Of a stretch of DNA of 64,000 nucleotides, positions 1 to 10,378 are shown piece by piece. Below the pieces are notes generated by a model. The model had not been told where the DNA came from and did no database searches. It saw nothing but the letters and a program-made list of their open reading frames with translations. The DNA is from Neophaeotheca triangularis (taxonomy: Eukaryota). A program made the position numbers and the translations under genes. The DNA is taken from the NCBI GenBank assembly GCA_054600435.1, contig BAAIJX010000002.1, forward strand, positions 806,001-870,000, written 5' to 3'. Positions within the stretch are counted from its first letter, which is position 1. Every line of letters starts with the position of its first letter.

Positions 1-1612
1 TTATGAATATCGATTAGGTATTGATGAGACATGCAAAAGATTGCCAGGGAAGCTCAATCAATTTGATCTCCCATAGCCCGCACGTCAGTAGTCTTTTTGC
101 CCCTCATCAGATGGCGTCTGCTTGAACCGAAGCGTACCGAATTTGGAGGGACGAATGGAGCTCTCCATCTTAGGTTGTAACTTAGCCATCATGTTTAGGA
201 GGCCTGCCCTGCGTCTGTTGTGACGACCAGATGCACCCCGCACCTCACCTCAGCCGGGTGGGGAGGGCATAGGAGGGGAGGTGGTTGGAGGTGATCCTTT
301 GCCCTTCTGAGCCATGTACTAGGACCGAGAACGAGAAGGTGATTTTGTAATCTGCACTCCCGTCTGTGGTAACAGTTCTCGGGACGATCCTCTCAACTCT
401 TGAGTGCCGATGAAGCGTTTAGACGCGTCGAGTACAAATCCGACGAGGTCATGTCTGCATGTCGTGCAGAGAGACATGCACGGGATCTGCCGCTCACATG
501 ATCAATCAATACAGAAGCTACTTACCTCTCCCTCTCGAACTCAACTCTTCCCTCATACCTTGCCTCGTAGACAGAAGAGGAAAGAAAGTGGCGTCGACGT
601 TAGATATCGTCCATCTAGCCCGGCGTGGGGGTTCGCTGCCGCCAAGCCGGCCGACTTCACTTCTCACCTCAGCTTCCAAGCCAATTGCTCGCTTCACCTT
701 GTCATGCACGCCAGGTACTAGTACTACCTACCTAGGTACTCCTACTTGATCGTTTACTACCTGCTAAGAGACTAGGTGGTTCTCTTCTTCTCCTCGCTTT
801 GCTGATAGGACCATGTTTCCATCTCAATCCTACCACCACCACATCGGCACCACCAATCACGACAAACCGATCGTCCAGGAACAGACGCAGATACCTATAT
901 GTATGCCACTACCTAGCGCAGCTGCGACGACATGCTACCTCACGCCTTCTCGCCTCAGTCTAGTATTACTACTGTCAGGTCTTTCTATGACACTACGTCA
1001 AGGCTTTGAATATTCGTCTAGTCATCAAAAACCGCGGAGCCCTTGTCCACTTGGTCAGGGATGAGGGGCAAGACGTGGGATGTTTACCCTTTTCGTTGCA
1101 TGGCCCGCAGAATCTCAGTCTTGACATTTGCCCACGAGACCGACTCGCGGCACGCCATCTTCCTACATCCTGTGCCGTGTACCTGGACGCCGCATGGACG
1201 TTGTGCAACTGCGGAAGGCTTTTGACTTCTCTCTTAACGTCTTCGCTTTAGTCTATGTATGACCGTTGTCGAGCCGTGGGATTCAGCTATAAACCGACTT
1301 CCACGCTCAAGGTAGGCTACAGGCGAGCCGCTTTCTTATCTCACACGTTACTACTACTTTCCTTTTGTTGAAAATACTCTCCTAAGTGACGAAGACTACT
1401 AATTGCCTAACACAAACACGCACTTCGCTGGCCTCTACCTACACGTTAACATGCTACAAATTGAGCAGTCACGCCCATACCACTACCCAGGGGGGGTATG
1501 GCAATCATCATGGCCTCACCTACGACACTGCAACCAAAGCATGTCCTTCAGAAGGTCCCCGGAAAACAAAAGAACCTCTCTCCATACCACTCTCGAACCC
1601 TCCAAACTAACC

Positions 1613-2320
1613 ATGGATCTTATCCTAACCGACGCCACCCCAGCCGACCTCCCCCGCCTAGTCGAAATCGAACTCGCCGCCTTCGCCCACGAAACCACAA
1701 ACCAAGTCCTTTCCTACCGCTCCCCAACCGACCCAGCCCACTACACCCGAACCCTCCAAAACTACCGCACCGCCCTCCAAACTAACCCAACAACCAACCA
1801 CTTCCGCAAAATCCTCGATCCCTCAACCCAAACCCCCATCGCCTGGTCCAAAACAACCCACAGCCACCTTCTCCCCTCTGAAAACCTGTCTCCAACCCCG
1901 TCAGATCCAAACACCCAGCACCCCACCTCTCCCTCCCCATCACCCAACCCAGACCCCCCAATGAACCGCGCCTGGTCCGCCCTCAACTCCCACCACCACC
2001 ACACAACCATGCAAACCCGCCCCCACCTCTACCTAAGCATGCTCGCCACGCTGCCCTCGCACCAGAACCTCGGCGCGGGCACCAAACTACTCGAGGCCAT
2101 TGTCGCGGAAGCTGACGCCAAGGGCCTGGAAGTTTATCTCGAAGCTACCGAGGTGGGGCGGCCGCTTTATGAGAAGTTTGGGTTTGAGAAGAGGGGGGAG
2201 ATTGTTTTTGATCCCGAGGAGTGGGAGGAGGGGAGGGGGAGGGGGTTGCGGGTTGAGAGGCAGGTTGTTATGGTTAGGGTGCCGGTTGGGGAGAAGGAAG
2301 GCCAGGAGGAGGGGGTTTGA
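1613..2320 (+). CDS. GNAT-family N-acetyltransferase (single exon)
   Basis: ATG at 1613 in accATGg context, in frame with ORF 1403..2320. N-terminal ATPADLPRLVEIELAAF; acetyl-CoA motif LATLPSHQNLGAGTKLL; YLEATEVGRPLYEKFGF. Confidence 0.9.
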   Translation: MDLILTDATPADLPRLVEIELAAFAHETTNQVLSYRSPTDPAHYTRTLQNYRTALQTNPTTNHFRKILDPSTQTPIAWSKTTHSHLLPSENLSPTPSDPNTQHPTSPSPSPNPDPPMNRAWSALNSHHHHTTMQTRPHLYLSMLATLPSHQNLGAGTKLLEAIVAEADAKGLEVYLEATEVGRPLYEKFGFEKRGEIVFDPEEWEEGRGRGLRVERQVVMVRVPVGEKEGQEEGV

Positions 2321-2943
2321 GGCTTTGTTTGTTTGGTTTGTTCGGTGGCGGACTTGTGGAAAGCGATGAACGTTGCTGCGGGCGCTGCTCTGGCTTGCGT
2401 GGCTTTTGCTTCGTTGTCGACGTTGTTATGGCAAAAAAGTTTTCATTTCCTGCGTTTCTGAATCAGGCTGGTGTGGAGGGAATGCTTTGCAGGCTTTCAG
2501 GCATCTTTCTTCTTCAAAGGAAAGGAGAACGAGGACTAGGTGGTAATCTGCGGCTTCTTTCGAAGCATACTAAAAGCACCGGGGCGGGGCTACCGCAACC
2601 CTCGTCCGCTGTCTGCATTGGTTGGATTCGTTTGATTTCTAGTAATTGGTTACTTTAGGTACGTAATTCAGTTGCCTGCAGTACACTCACAAAACTGTTT
2701 TCGATTCCGCGACAACTCCACCAATTTCGTTCCCGCCCAAAGCCTTCTCCCTGATACACAAGGTACTCAAACTGTAGCCTCCCAATCCAGCCCAGAGTAC
2801 CACTCCCGCAAAGCAACGGTTCCTGGTCTACAAACAAGCCTCAGGCCTACCGTATGCTCCAAATGATTGCAAGCCCATTGCGCTGTCCAGGGAAATGGTA
2901 GGGCAGCCCTGCAGGCGTCACAGAGCGACACTAGCTCGAGGCG

Positions 2944-3387
2944 ATGCTCAGCCTGCCCACAACAGCTTCGCCTCTGCGCCTCGCCTCTCCGCTCTACACA
3001 CCCACACCTTCAGACTGCCAGTCTGGGCTCCATCTACAACCTGTTGCGACCACAACATCACCTATTCCCATTGCAATCCCCGACGATTCATATTTCCAAC
3101 CACCAAGCCCGCGCTCGCCGATCGACCCACGACTCTCTACACGGACGACACCTTCAGCGAGAAACTCGACTATAGACGACTTTTCTGCCCAAGAGGTGAC
3201 GAAGATAATCAACGCTCGTTTCCACGACGACTTGCCCTACTTCGAAGAGCAGGAGAAAGAGCTGCTGACTCCTACCATGCAGATGGAGACCACACCGAGT
3301 TTTCAGGCGCCAGCGGACAGCTCGCACAGGGCCTGCGACCAGGCTGAGATTGCGTGTACTCGTGTCTTGGATCCTCTTTTTTATTAA
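2944..3387 (+). CDS. possible hypothetical protein (147 aa)
   Basis: ATG-initiated ORF with protein-like S/P/T-rich then acidic composition; no motif recognised. Confidence 0.3.
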   Translation: MLSLPTTASPLRLASPLYTPTPSDCQSGLHLQPVATTTSPIPIAIPDDSYFQPPSPRSPIDPRLSTRTTPSARNSTIDDFSAQEVTKIINARFHDDLPYFEEQEKELLTPTMQMETTPSFQAPADSSHRACDQAEIACTRVLDPLFY

Positions 3388-3786
3388 GAAAATCCAATGT
3401 TGGGAAAAAAAGAACTTGGTTTATTAGACTCGGGACTCGGGGCGGTGGGTGAGCTGCTTTTTTTTCTTTTCACTAAGTCCTTGAATGATGGCGTTCGCGG
3501 TCTTGATGCGAAGAAGCATATAGATACTTTGGTCTAGCTCGGAGCGCGGACTGACTTCCATAGGATGTTGAGGTCTTGGGACTACGTTTGGAGGGAAAAA
3601 GGGTGTTGTCTCGGACTGATGGATTGCAGACTGGTTTTCTTTCATTCTACGGGCTTAGAAGGCAAATCTGCTGAGTGGCTCATTTTTTGCAACCGCACTT
3701 GTAACTCCAAAGGATCCAATCCGGGTATCGTAGTCAACAATCTCAAGGCTCCGATGCCTCCTCCGCATTCGCACCCACGTCACTCC

Positions 3787-4386
3787 CTAACCCAAAAGCT
3801 CCTCAAGAACCTCAAGCTGCTTATCATAGTCCTGCACCAATGCCTCAAGCCCAGCCTTCTGATCTCCCTTCTCGACCAAACCACCTGCAGCAACCGTCTC
3901 TTTACCAGTAATCCTCAGCATCAACGCCTTCTCCGCACCTTTGCCATCACCGCTCCAGCTAGGAGCCTGACTAACTTCCACCCGCATAGCTCTCCAATTC
4001 GGACTGAAAGAGGAAACGTGCTCGACACTCTTGCCGTCGACGCCTACATCGAGTAACAGATATCGATCCTCAACGCCGCCATGTTGTTTCTCGTCAGTCT
4101 CTAGCCCTTTCAGCGCTGTAGAAGTGAGAAGGTCAGGGTCGTCGTCGGAGAAGACATAGTGGACGGTTGGGTGGTGCACGTCGCCTGTTTCGGCGTCTTC
4201 GATCAAGGTGAAGAAAGGTTTGAAATTGGGTGGTAGGAGGAGGTCTTCTGTTGCCGGGGCGATGTAGGGTAGTCCCTCATTGGGTGAAGCGGGCTCTACG
4301 TTGTCTGTTTGGTCTGGACGTTCTTCATCTTGCAGACGAGCAGCAGTGTTTCCTTCAACAGGCTGGTTGATTGATGGGGCTGACAT
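3787..4386 (-). CDS. conserved fungal hypothetical protein, possibly Atg31-like
   Basis: 199-aa ATG ORF with globular-looking core PFFTLIED...HPTVHYVFSDDD...YLLLDV...VSSFSPNW and a short C-terminal helix. The Atg31 resemblance is from memory and unverified. Confidence 0.75.
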   Translation of the reverse strand: MSAPSINQPVEGNTAARLQDEERPDQTDNVEPASPNEGLPYIAPATEDLLLPPNFKPFFTLIEDAETGDVHHPTVHYVFSDDDPDLLTSTALKGLETDEKQHGGVEDRYLLLDVGVDGKSVEHVSSFSPNWRAMRVEVSQAPSWSGDGKGAEKALMLRITGKETVAAGGLVEKGDQKAGLEALVQDYDKQLEVLEELLG

Positions 4387-4670
4387 TGTTGGCCATGCTG
4401 GAGCGGCCCAAGGTGCTCGATATCTTTTGTTGTGAGCTCGAGGTTGTGCAACACTGCAACACAGAGCTCTTATCTTATCTTCACCTCGGTAGGAGATTAA
4501 TTAGGAAGGTAGCGCGGATATCGGCTAGGTATGAGTAAAGTGGGCCCCTAGTATGTAATCAGAGACTACAATGAAACCCACGATTGTTGACCAACGGACG
4601 AAAGGGCGACAACATGGACGTAATCTCCTCGCCCAAACCAAACATAGACGCTGGTTGAGACGACAGTACA

Positions 4671-6434
4671 ATGCCTGGGCATACTAAGGACAGTGCTCAT
4701 GGCCAGCCCAGCGAAACATCACCCCTCTTGTCCAAAGATGGACCTCAACCCGTCGAGCCAGGAAGCGGTATTGCACCCGATGGTCAATTAGCCAACGCCT
4801 CTGTCGAAGGAAGCGCCAAACCCCAGAATGGCGAAGACGAAGGGGACAATCATGGCTCGACACTCGAGCGACAGGCCTCGGCCGAAGACCGGCAAAAGCA
4901 ATACGAAGGCATACCAGAGATCAAGGCCAAAATGAAGTACATCATGCCCGCCGTCGCCATTGGCATCTTCCTCTCCGCGGCAGACCAGACCCTCATAGTT
5001 TCGAGTTACGCTAAAATTGGCGGCGAGCTGCAAGCTCTGAACCGCACGTCTTGGATCGCGACGGCGTACTTTCTCACTCTGACGAGTTTCCAACCTCTGT
5101 ACGGTAAGACGAGCGATGTCTTTGGACGCAAGGCTTGTTTGCTGTTCGCGTATACGGTTTTTGGGCTTGGATGTCTATGCTGTGGATTGGCGCAGAGCAT
5201 GACGCAGTTGATAGCTGCGAGGGCTTTTGCAGGGATAGGGGGAGGAGGAATGACCACGGTCGTCAGCATATTGCTCTCGGACGCCGTGTCATTACGGGAA
5301 AGAGGGAAATATCAAGGCTACGTGAACATCGTATACGCGTCTGGAGCGGGCTTTGGAGCACCCTTGGGCGGCATCCTAAGCGACACCATCGGCTGGCGCT
5401 GGGCCTTTTTGATGCAAGCGCCCATGTGTCTCGCGGCCTTCATAGCCGTCTACTTCGTCATCAATCTTCCCAAGGCCGATTCCGCAGACTGGCGCGCCAA
5501 GCTCAAACGCATAGATTTCCCCGGCGCGGCTATCCTGATCTGTGCCGTTTTTGCGCTCCTCCTAGGCCTCGACCGAGGCAGCAACGCAGGCTGGGATACC
5601 AAAATCGCCATCATCTCGCTCTCCGTCTCCTTGCCGCTCTTCTTGCTCTTCTTGCTCGTGGAGATAAAGTTCGCGCGCGAGCCCTTCGCGCCCGGCCACA
5701 TCATCTTCCACCGCTCGCTCTTCGCCTGCTACCTATGCAACTTCTTCGCCTTCTCCGGCTGGTTAGCAGCCATGTTCTATATCCCGCTCTACTTTCAAGC
5801 CGTGGACAATCTCTCCGCCCAAGCCGCAGGAATTCGCCTAATCCCCGGCATCCTGTGCGGCGTCAGCGGCTCCCTACTCGGAGGTTTCTACATGCAAAAA
5901 ACCGGACGCTTCTACTGGATCACCGTAGCCGCCTACACGGCTCTCACGGCCGGTATGACCGTCATCTTCCTCTGCTCCGGCATCCTCACGACCAGCATCA
6001 TCGGCATCATCCTCGGCATGTGCCTCGACGGTTTCGGCAACGGCATAGGCGTGACGACCACCCTTATCGGCCTGATCTCCAACGCTTCCCACGAGGACCA
6101 AGCCATCGCGACAGCCTGCTCGTACCTCTTCCGCTCGCTCGGCAGTGTCTTCGGCATCTCCATGTCCGCGACCGTCGCGAACTCGCAATTGCGCAGGAAT
6201 TTGGCTTCCGCTTTGCCACGGTTGGGGCTAGATAAGCAAGAAGCTTTGGACATTGCGGATAATGTCCGTCAGAGTTTGGATTATCTGCAGTCACTTGAGC
6301 CTAGGGTGAAGGCGGTGGTGATCGAGGCCTATGCTGGCAGTACGAGTGCGGCTTTTGCGCTGCAGATTGGGCTTGTCGCCGGCGCAGCGGTGAGTGCGTG
6401 GTTTATTAGGGAGAAGGCTCTGGGCGGGAAATAG
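4671..6434 (+). CDS. MFS transporter, 14-TMS DHA2/Vba-like family
   Basis: 587 aa with many hydrophobic helices; motifs FLSAADQTLIV, PLYGKTSDVFGRK, ARAFAGIGGGG, LRERGKYQG, GWRWAF. Confidence 0.95.
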   Translation: MPGHTKDSAHGQPSETSPLLSKDGPQPVEPGSGIAPDGQLANASVEGSAKPQNGEDEGDNHGSTLERQASAEDRQKQYEGIPEIKAKMKYIMPAVAIGIFLSAADQTLIVSSYAKIGGELQALNRTSWIATAYFLTLTSFQPLYGKTSDVFGRKACLLFAYTVFGLGCLCCGLAQSMTQLIAARAFAGIGGGGMTTVVSILLSDAVSLRERGKYQGYVNIVYASGAGFGAPLGGILSDTIGWRWAFLMQAPMCLAAFIAVYFVINLPKADSADWRAKLKRIDFPGAAILICAVFALLLGLDRGSNAGWDTKIAIISLSVSLPLFLLFLLVEIKFAREPFAPGHIIFHRSLFACYLCNFFAFSGWLAAMFYIPLYFQAVDNLSAQAAGIRLIPGILCGVSGSLLGGFYMQKTGRFYWITVAAYTALTAGMTVIFLCSGILTTSIIGIILGMCLDGFGNGIGVTTTLIGLISNASHEDQAIATACSYLFRSLGSVFGISMSATVANSQLRRNLASALPRLGLDKQEALDIADNVRQSLDYLQSLEPRVKAVVIEAYAGSTSAAFALQIGLVAGAAVSAWFIREKALGGK

Positions 6435-7476
6435 ATCGCTGGTAGATTCATCGAGCATCGAATCCGAATGGTTTTATCACCGGCTATGCTAGACATGATC
6501 CAGGCTCGAAGGCAATCAGCTTGCAGTAATTTACAACAGTAAGGTAAGGGAGGCTCTCATTATTGCGCAGCTGAATGTTCACTGCAGCTCCAACCACGTA
6601 TCGCACTCAATCGGGACCTCAATTTCGGAACCACAAAAGCTAGCTGAGGCTCCGATCCTCATTCGAGTCGGTCCAAGACCCAACGCACTGGCAGCCAGTG
6701 CGATCTTGGCAACTTGAAACTGCCACGAGCGACCCTAACTTGAGCTAATCCTTGGGTACCTGGCATCCCTCAGCCATGCATGCATTTGGAGAACCAGAGG
6801 GGAGATCACCACTACGCATACGACCTCGAATTTCAACCGTACAGTATGGCTGATCCCACATGTGCTGGCAGACGCCAAGGGCGACGCTAGCACGGGCTAT
6901 GCTTGAGCAGCTCATGTTGCGCAGCCTCACCTGTCGTCTGAGAACAAACATCGGCGTCGTCCTGGCTGAAAGCTTTGGAGACCTTTTACCATTTCACCTC
7001 CACGACCGTACGCTGTCGCTGTCGCAGAACTCTACTTCATCGTTTATACCGCAGAAACTGCTCACGTATCGATTCGCGACGGTCGAGACGATGGGCTACC
7101 CATCGTTTCTACAACCCAAGAACCAGAGATTTCAAGACGCGAACTGCGACGATTCTCCAGCAACAACATGAACGACAGATTTCACGACGAGTTTCTCTTC
7201 GTCTCCGAAGAGCAGCTTCACAGAGCGACGGCTGCTGAGATGCAGGGCGCTGAGGCTGTGCCGAGTGACTTGGCGTCAGCCTCGGAATTGGGCTGCTATG
7301 CTGCATGCACCTTCACCCCTGCTAGGGCTGAGGGCGGCGGGTGAGGACCCTTTTTTTTTTCAAAAAACTAAGTTGGTTTTCTTTAAAGCGCAGGCAGGAC
7401 CTCTTCTGCCTTTGCTCGTTTCAACACTGCTGGCTACTGGCTGGGCAACATCCTGATTTGCCCTACCATCGCAAGC

Positions 7477-7827
7477 ATGCCGTCCGGCCGCCGCCAGACC
7501 AAAGACCTAAAGTGTGGATACCCTGAGTGCACCTCAAACGTCCTCTTCAACCGCAAGTACGAATTGCAACGTCACATGGAAGGTCACGGTCCCGCCGTGT
7601 ACTGGTGCCCCGTCAGCGGCTGCGACAAGGAAAACTTCGCCCGTCCAGACAAGTTGAAATACCACTTCGAAAAGTGTGAGGCTTCGCATCGTACCTCGCC
7701 GCTGTTGGTTTGCGTTGTGCCTCATTGTAATCTGATCTTCAACGACAAGGGAGCTTTCGTCGCCCACTTGGTCGCTCATGGCCGCATTGAAGGAATGTTT
7801 GGTAAGCACGTTGCTGCTTTGGTCTAG
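7477..7827 (+). CDS. small C2H2 zinc-finger protein (3' end uncertain)
   Basis: Three finger-like units: CGYPEC..F...YELQRHMEGH, CPVSGC..FARPDKLKYHFEKC and CVVPHC..F....FVAHLVAH. A possible donor GTAAGC at 7802 could change the C-terminus. Confidence 0.7.
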   Translation: MPSGRRQTKDLKCGYPECTSNVLFNRKYELQRHMEGHGPAVYWCPVSGCDKENFARPDKLKYHFEKCEASHRTSPLLVCVVPHCNLIFNDKGAFVAHLVAHGRIEGMFGKHVAALV

Positions 7828-9028
7828 TACCAACGCTGCGGTGATGCTGCTTGTTGAGAGTAGGGTCTTCTGAAGTACAGCAAGCGAGGGTAATGGTAGA
7901 CAGGATGAAAGTTATATTAGTGTATCGGCGTAATGGAGTGAGATGCAGCATTCGTCGCCTTTTCCCCCCAATGCTTTCAGCTTCACGCTTTAGTCTTATG
8001 ATTACGGCCGACGCTCCAGCCATCTTTACTATTTACTGCCTTCATAGGCAGTTCGTATTAAAAACCGTCAAGATTTGTCTACGATTATTCTCGTACAAGT
8101 CAACCGAGCTGGCTCGACTCCTTCAGGGTATCTAGTAGAACGCTGCCGCTTTCATTTGTTCGCTGATTAATGTGAAAAGACGCTCCCCCAATTAGTATCA
8201 CAAAGTCATGGCTATCCCGACGTCCACCTCGACCCAGATTCCCTGCTCCCATGGTCTTGACTTGCATTCCACGAAGTGCAAGCAGAGTGCTGCCGTTTAG
8301 TGATCCTTCAGCGCAGAGCCTGGGTCGAGACGCTCCAACGCCGGTTCTTCTCGACAAGGCGTGGTCTTAATTCAGGCATCCCAAGCCGGAGCATCATATA
8401 TGGGAGTAGCTATCGTCGTCAGGTTAGGCGCGAGAGGTAGCTTGGTATGTAGTCTATCGTGTCTGGAGGGGACGCTGCTATAGTGCGGAAAGGGGGCAGC
8501 CACCAAAGATGCTCCCCTTATAATCGCCTTATGTTTGAATAGTGAGCTCGTCTTGGCAGGGAGGGTGGTTGAATGGGCCGTCTACATTTCTCTTGCGATG
8601 TACTACTTACTTCAATGATCCCCCCGGATTATTTGCTGTATACGAGGGTCTGCCGGCTGTAAACTAGAGCTGCGATCGAAGGAAGATACCTATCCCTGGT
8701 AGATCCACCTCGACAACGATTTGATAAAGACGTTGTATCTCGACCAAGTACATGACCAATCGGTAGCAACTCAGGTCGACGTTTTGATTAGGTATCTCGC
8801 ACAGGGATTGCCAAGACCAAGGGAAAAAGCCCAGAGGCGTGCCTTCCTCTTTCGCTCATAAATTAGGGTTAGGGTTATGGCGTCGACAACTCTTGAATTT
8901 CTCAATTCCAGCATCCTCACCTACAACAATAACATCACCACTGCCTCGTGAGTATTGCTCGTCAGCCACACCCCACCGCTTCCTGGCTAATTCATACCAC
9001 CAGCAGAGATCACACCCACACCATCACA

Positions 9029-9767
9029 ATGGCTGCCACCACAACCTCCGCCGTCACCGGCGAGAGCAAACAGTCTGCCGGAGGCTTCATCCGCAAATCC
9101 AAAGGCCCCCCGGTCATGCGCCCCATGGTGGCCACAGACCTCCTGCACTTCAACCAGTGTAACCTCGACCACCTCACGGAGACCTACAACATCTCCTTCT
9201 ACCTTGAGTACTTCACGAAATGGCCACAGCTTTGCAAAGTCATCGAAAATCCCCGCACCAAGAACATCGAAGCCTACATTCTCGGCAAGCTGGAAGCCTC
9301 TCCATACCCTGAGCCCGTCTCCCCCTACGACCCAGGCCTCACCATTTACCGCAAGAAGTTTCCAAACTACTTGCCATGGCATGCACACATCACTTGCCTT
9401 ACCGTGGCACCTGCCGCAAGACGTCAAGGTTACGCCACGATCTTGAGCGAGGCTCTGGAAGTGGTGGGAGACGAGGCGGATGCCTGGTTCGTGGACTTGT
9501 TCGTGCGTGTCGAGAACGAAGCCGCCATCAACCTCTACAAGAAAATGGGGTAAGTCTATACTTTTACCTTGGCTACCTAAATCCCATCAAACAACACTCG
9601 CTAACCATAGTACCCACAGCTACTCCATCTACCGCCGCGTAGTCGACTACTACAACGGCGGCAGCGACGCTTTCGATATGCGCAAACCGCTCACCAAGGA
9701 CAAAGACCGCAAGACTGTGCGCGCCAACGGCGAGAACGTCAAAGTCCAGCCTTCGGATGTTTGGTAA
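9029..9767 (+). CDS. NAT3: NatB N-terminal acetyltransferase catalytic subunit (Naa20); exons 9029-9549 and 9620-9767
   Basis: Motifs NLDHLTETY, FYLEYFTKWP, WHAHITCLTVAP, FVDLFVRVEN, GYSIYRRVVDYY, DAFDMRKPL. Intron 9550-9619 (GTAAGT...GCTAAC...CAG) joins the two ORF frames. Confidence 0.95.
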
Positions 9768-10102
9768 AGCGACTTCTTGACTGCGGCAAAGACTACATCC
9801 CAAACCCCCAGAACACTTGTATTGACCCTCAACCCTTCTTCACAGCGGCGACCTCCCAGTCAACGAGGAGCCGAAAACAGCGTGAGCTCACCACGCGTTC
9901 CGAGAGAGAGAATATGCTCCGCATCTACCGCGAGGCGCAGTCAGACATGTTCATGCGTCCCAAATGGGTCTGAGCCGCTTGAGCGAATCTCGTCAGCGGC
10001 AGCATGAGAAAACAGGAGAGTCGGTGGGAGCAGAGAGCAATGGACCTACCGGAGACAAACACCAGAGTCCAAGCAGACGGAAAACACCAATAATGAGATA
10101 GT

Positions 10103-10378
10103 TTAGCGATAGCGCCGAGAATCAGCCAATGCATTCCACGGCCCCTTCGCCGGGGTTTCCGCTAGCCAGTTTTGCAGGACCTGATGCGATTTATTTTCTT
10201 TCTCCTTTTTCCAGGTGCGCTCGCTTGCCGAACCCTGGGTAACTGTCGAGCCCGCTACTGACTGCGTCGACCAGACTGAGGCGGCGTTCTTGTTCTCGTT
10301 TTGGTTTTGCTGATGTTTGGCAGTCGATCTCTCATCCTGGTTTGGAGGTTTGGGCTTGGTGTTGTTCTGGCTCGACAT
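10103..10378 (-). CDS. small orphan protein (91 aa) preceded by a 5'-UTR intron (10381-10445)
   Basis: On the minus strand, GTAAGT at 10445, branch ACTAAC and CAG ending 2 nt before the ATG at 10378. Confidence 0.55.
   Translation of the reverse strand: MSSQNNTKPKPPNQDERSTAKHQQNQNENKNAASVWSTQSVAGSTVTQGSASERTWKKEKENKSHQVLQNWLAETPAKGPWNALADSRRYR

Noticed and set aside
5135..6235. 366-aa alternative-frame ORF inside the MFS gene (similarly 53042..53839)
   Set aside because: Arg/His-rich shadow frame produced by C-biased third positions; no independent motifs.
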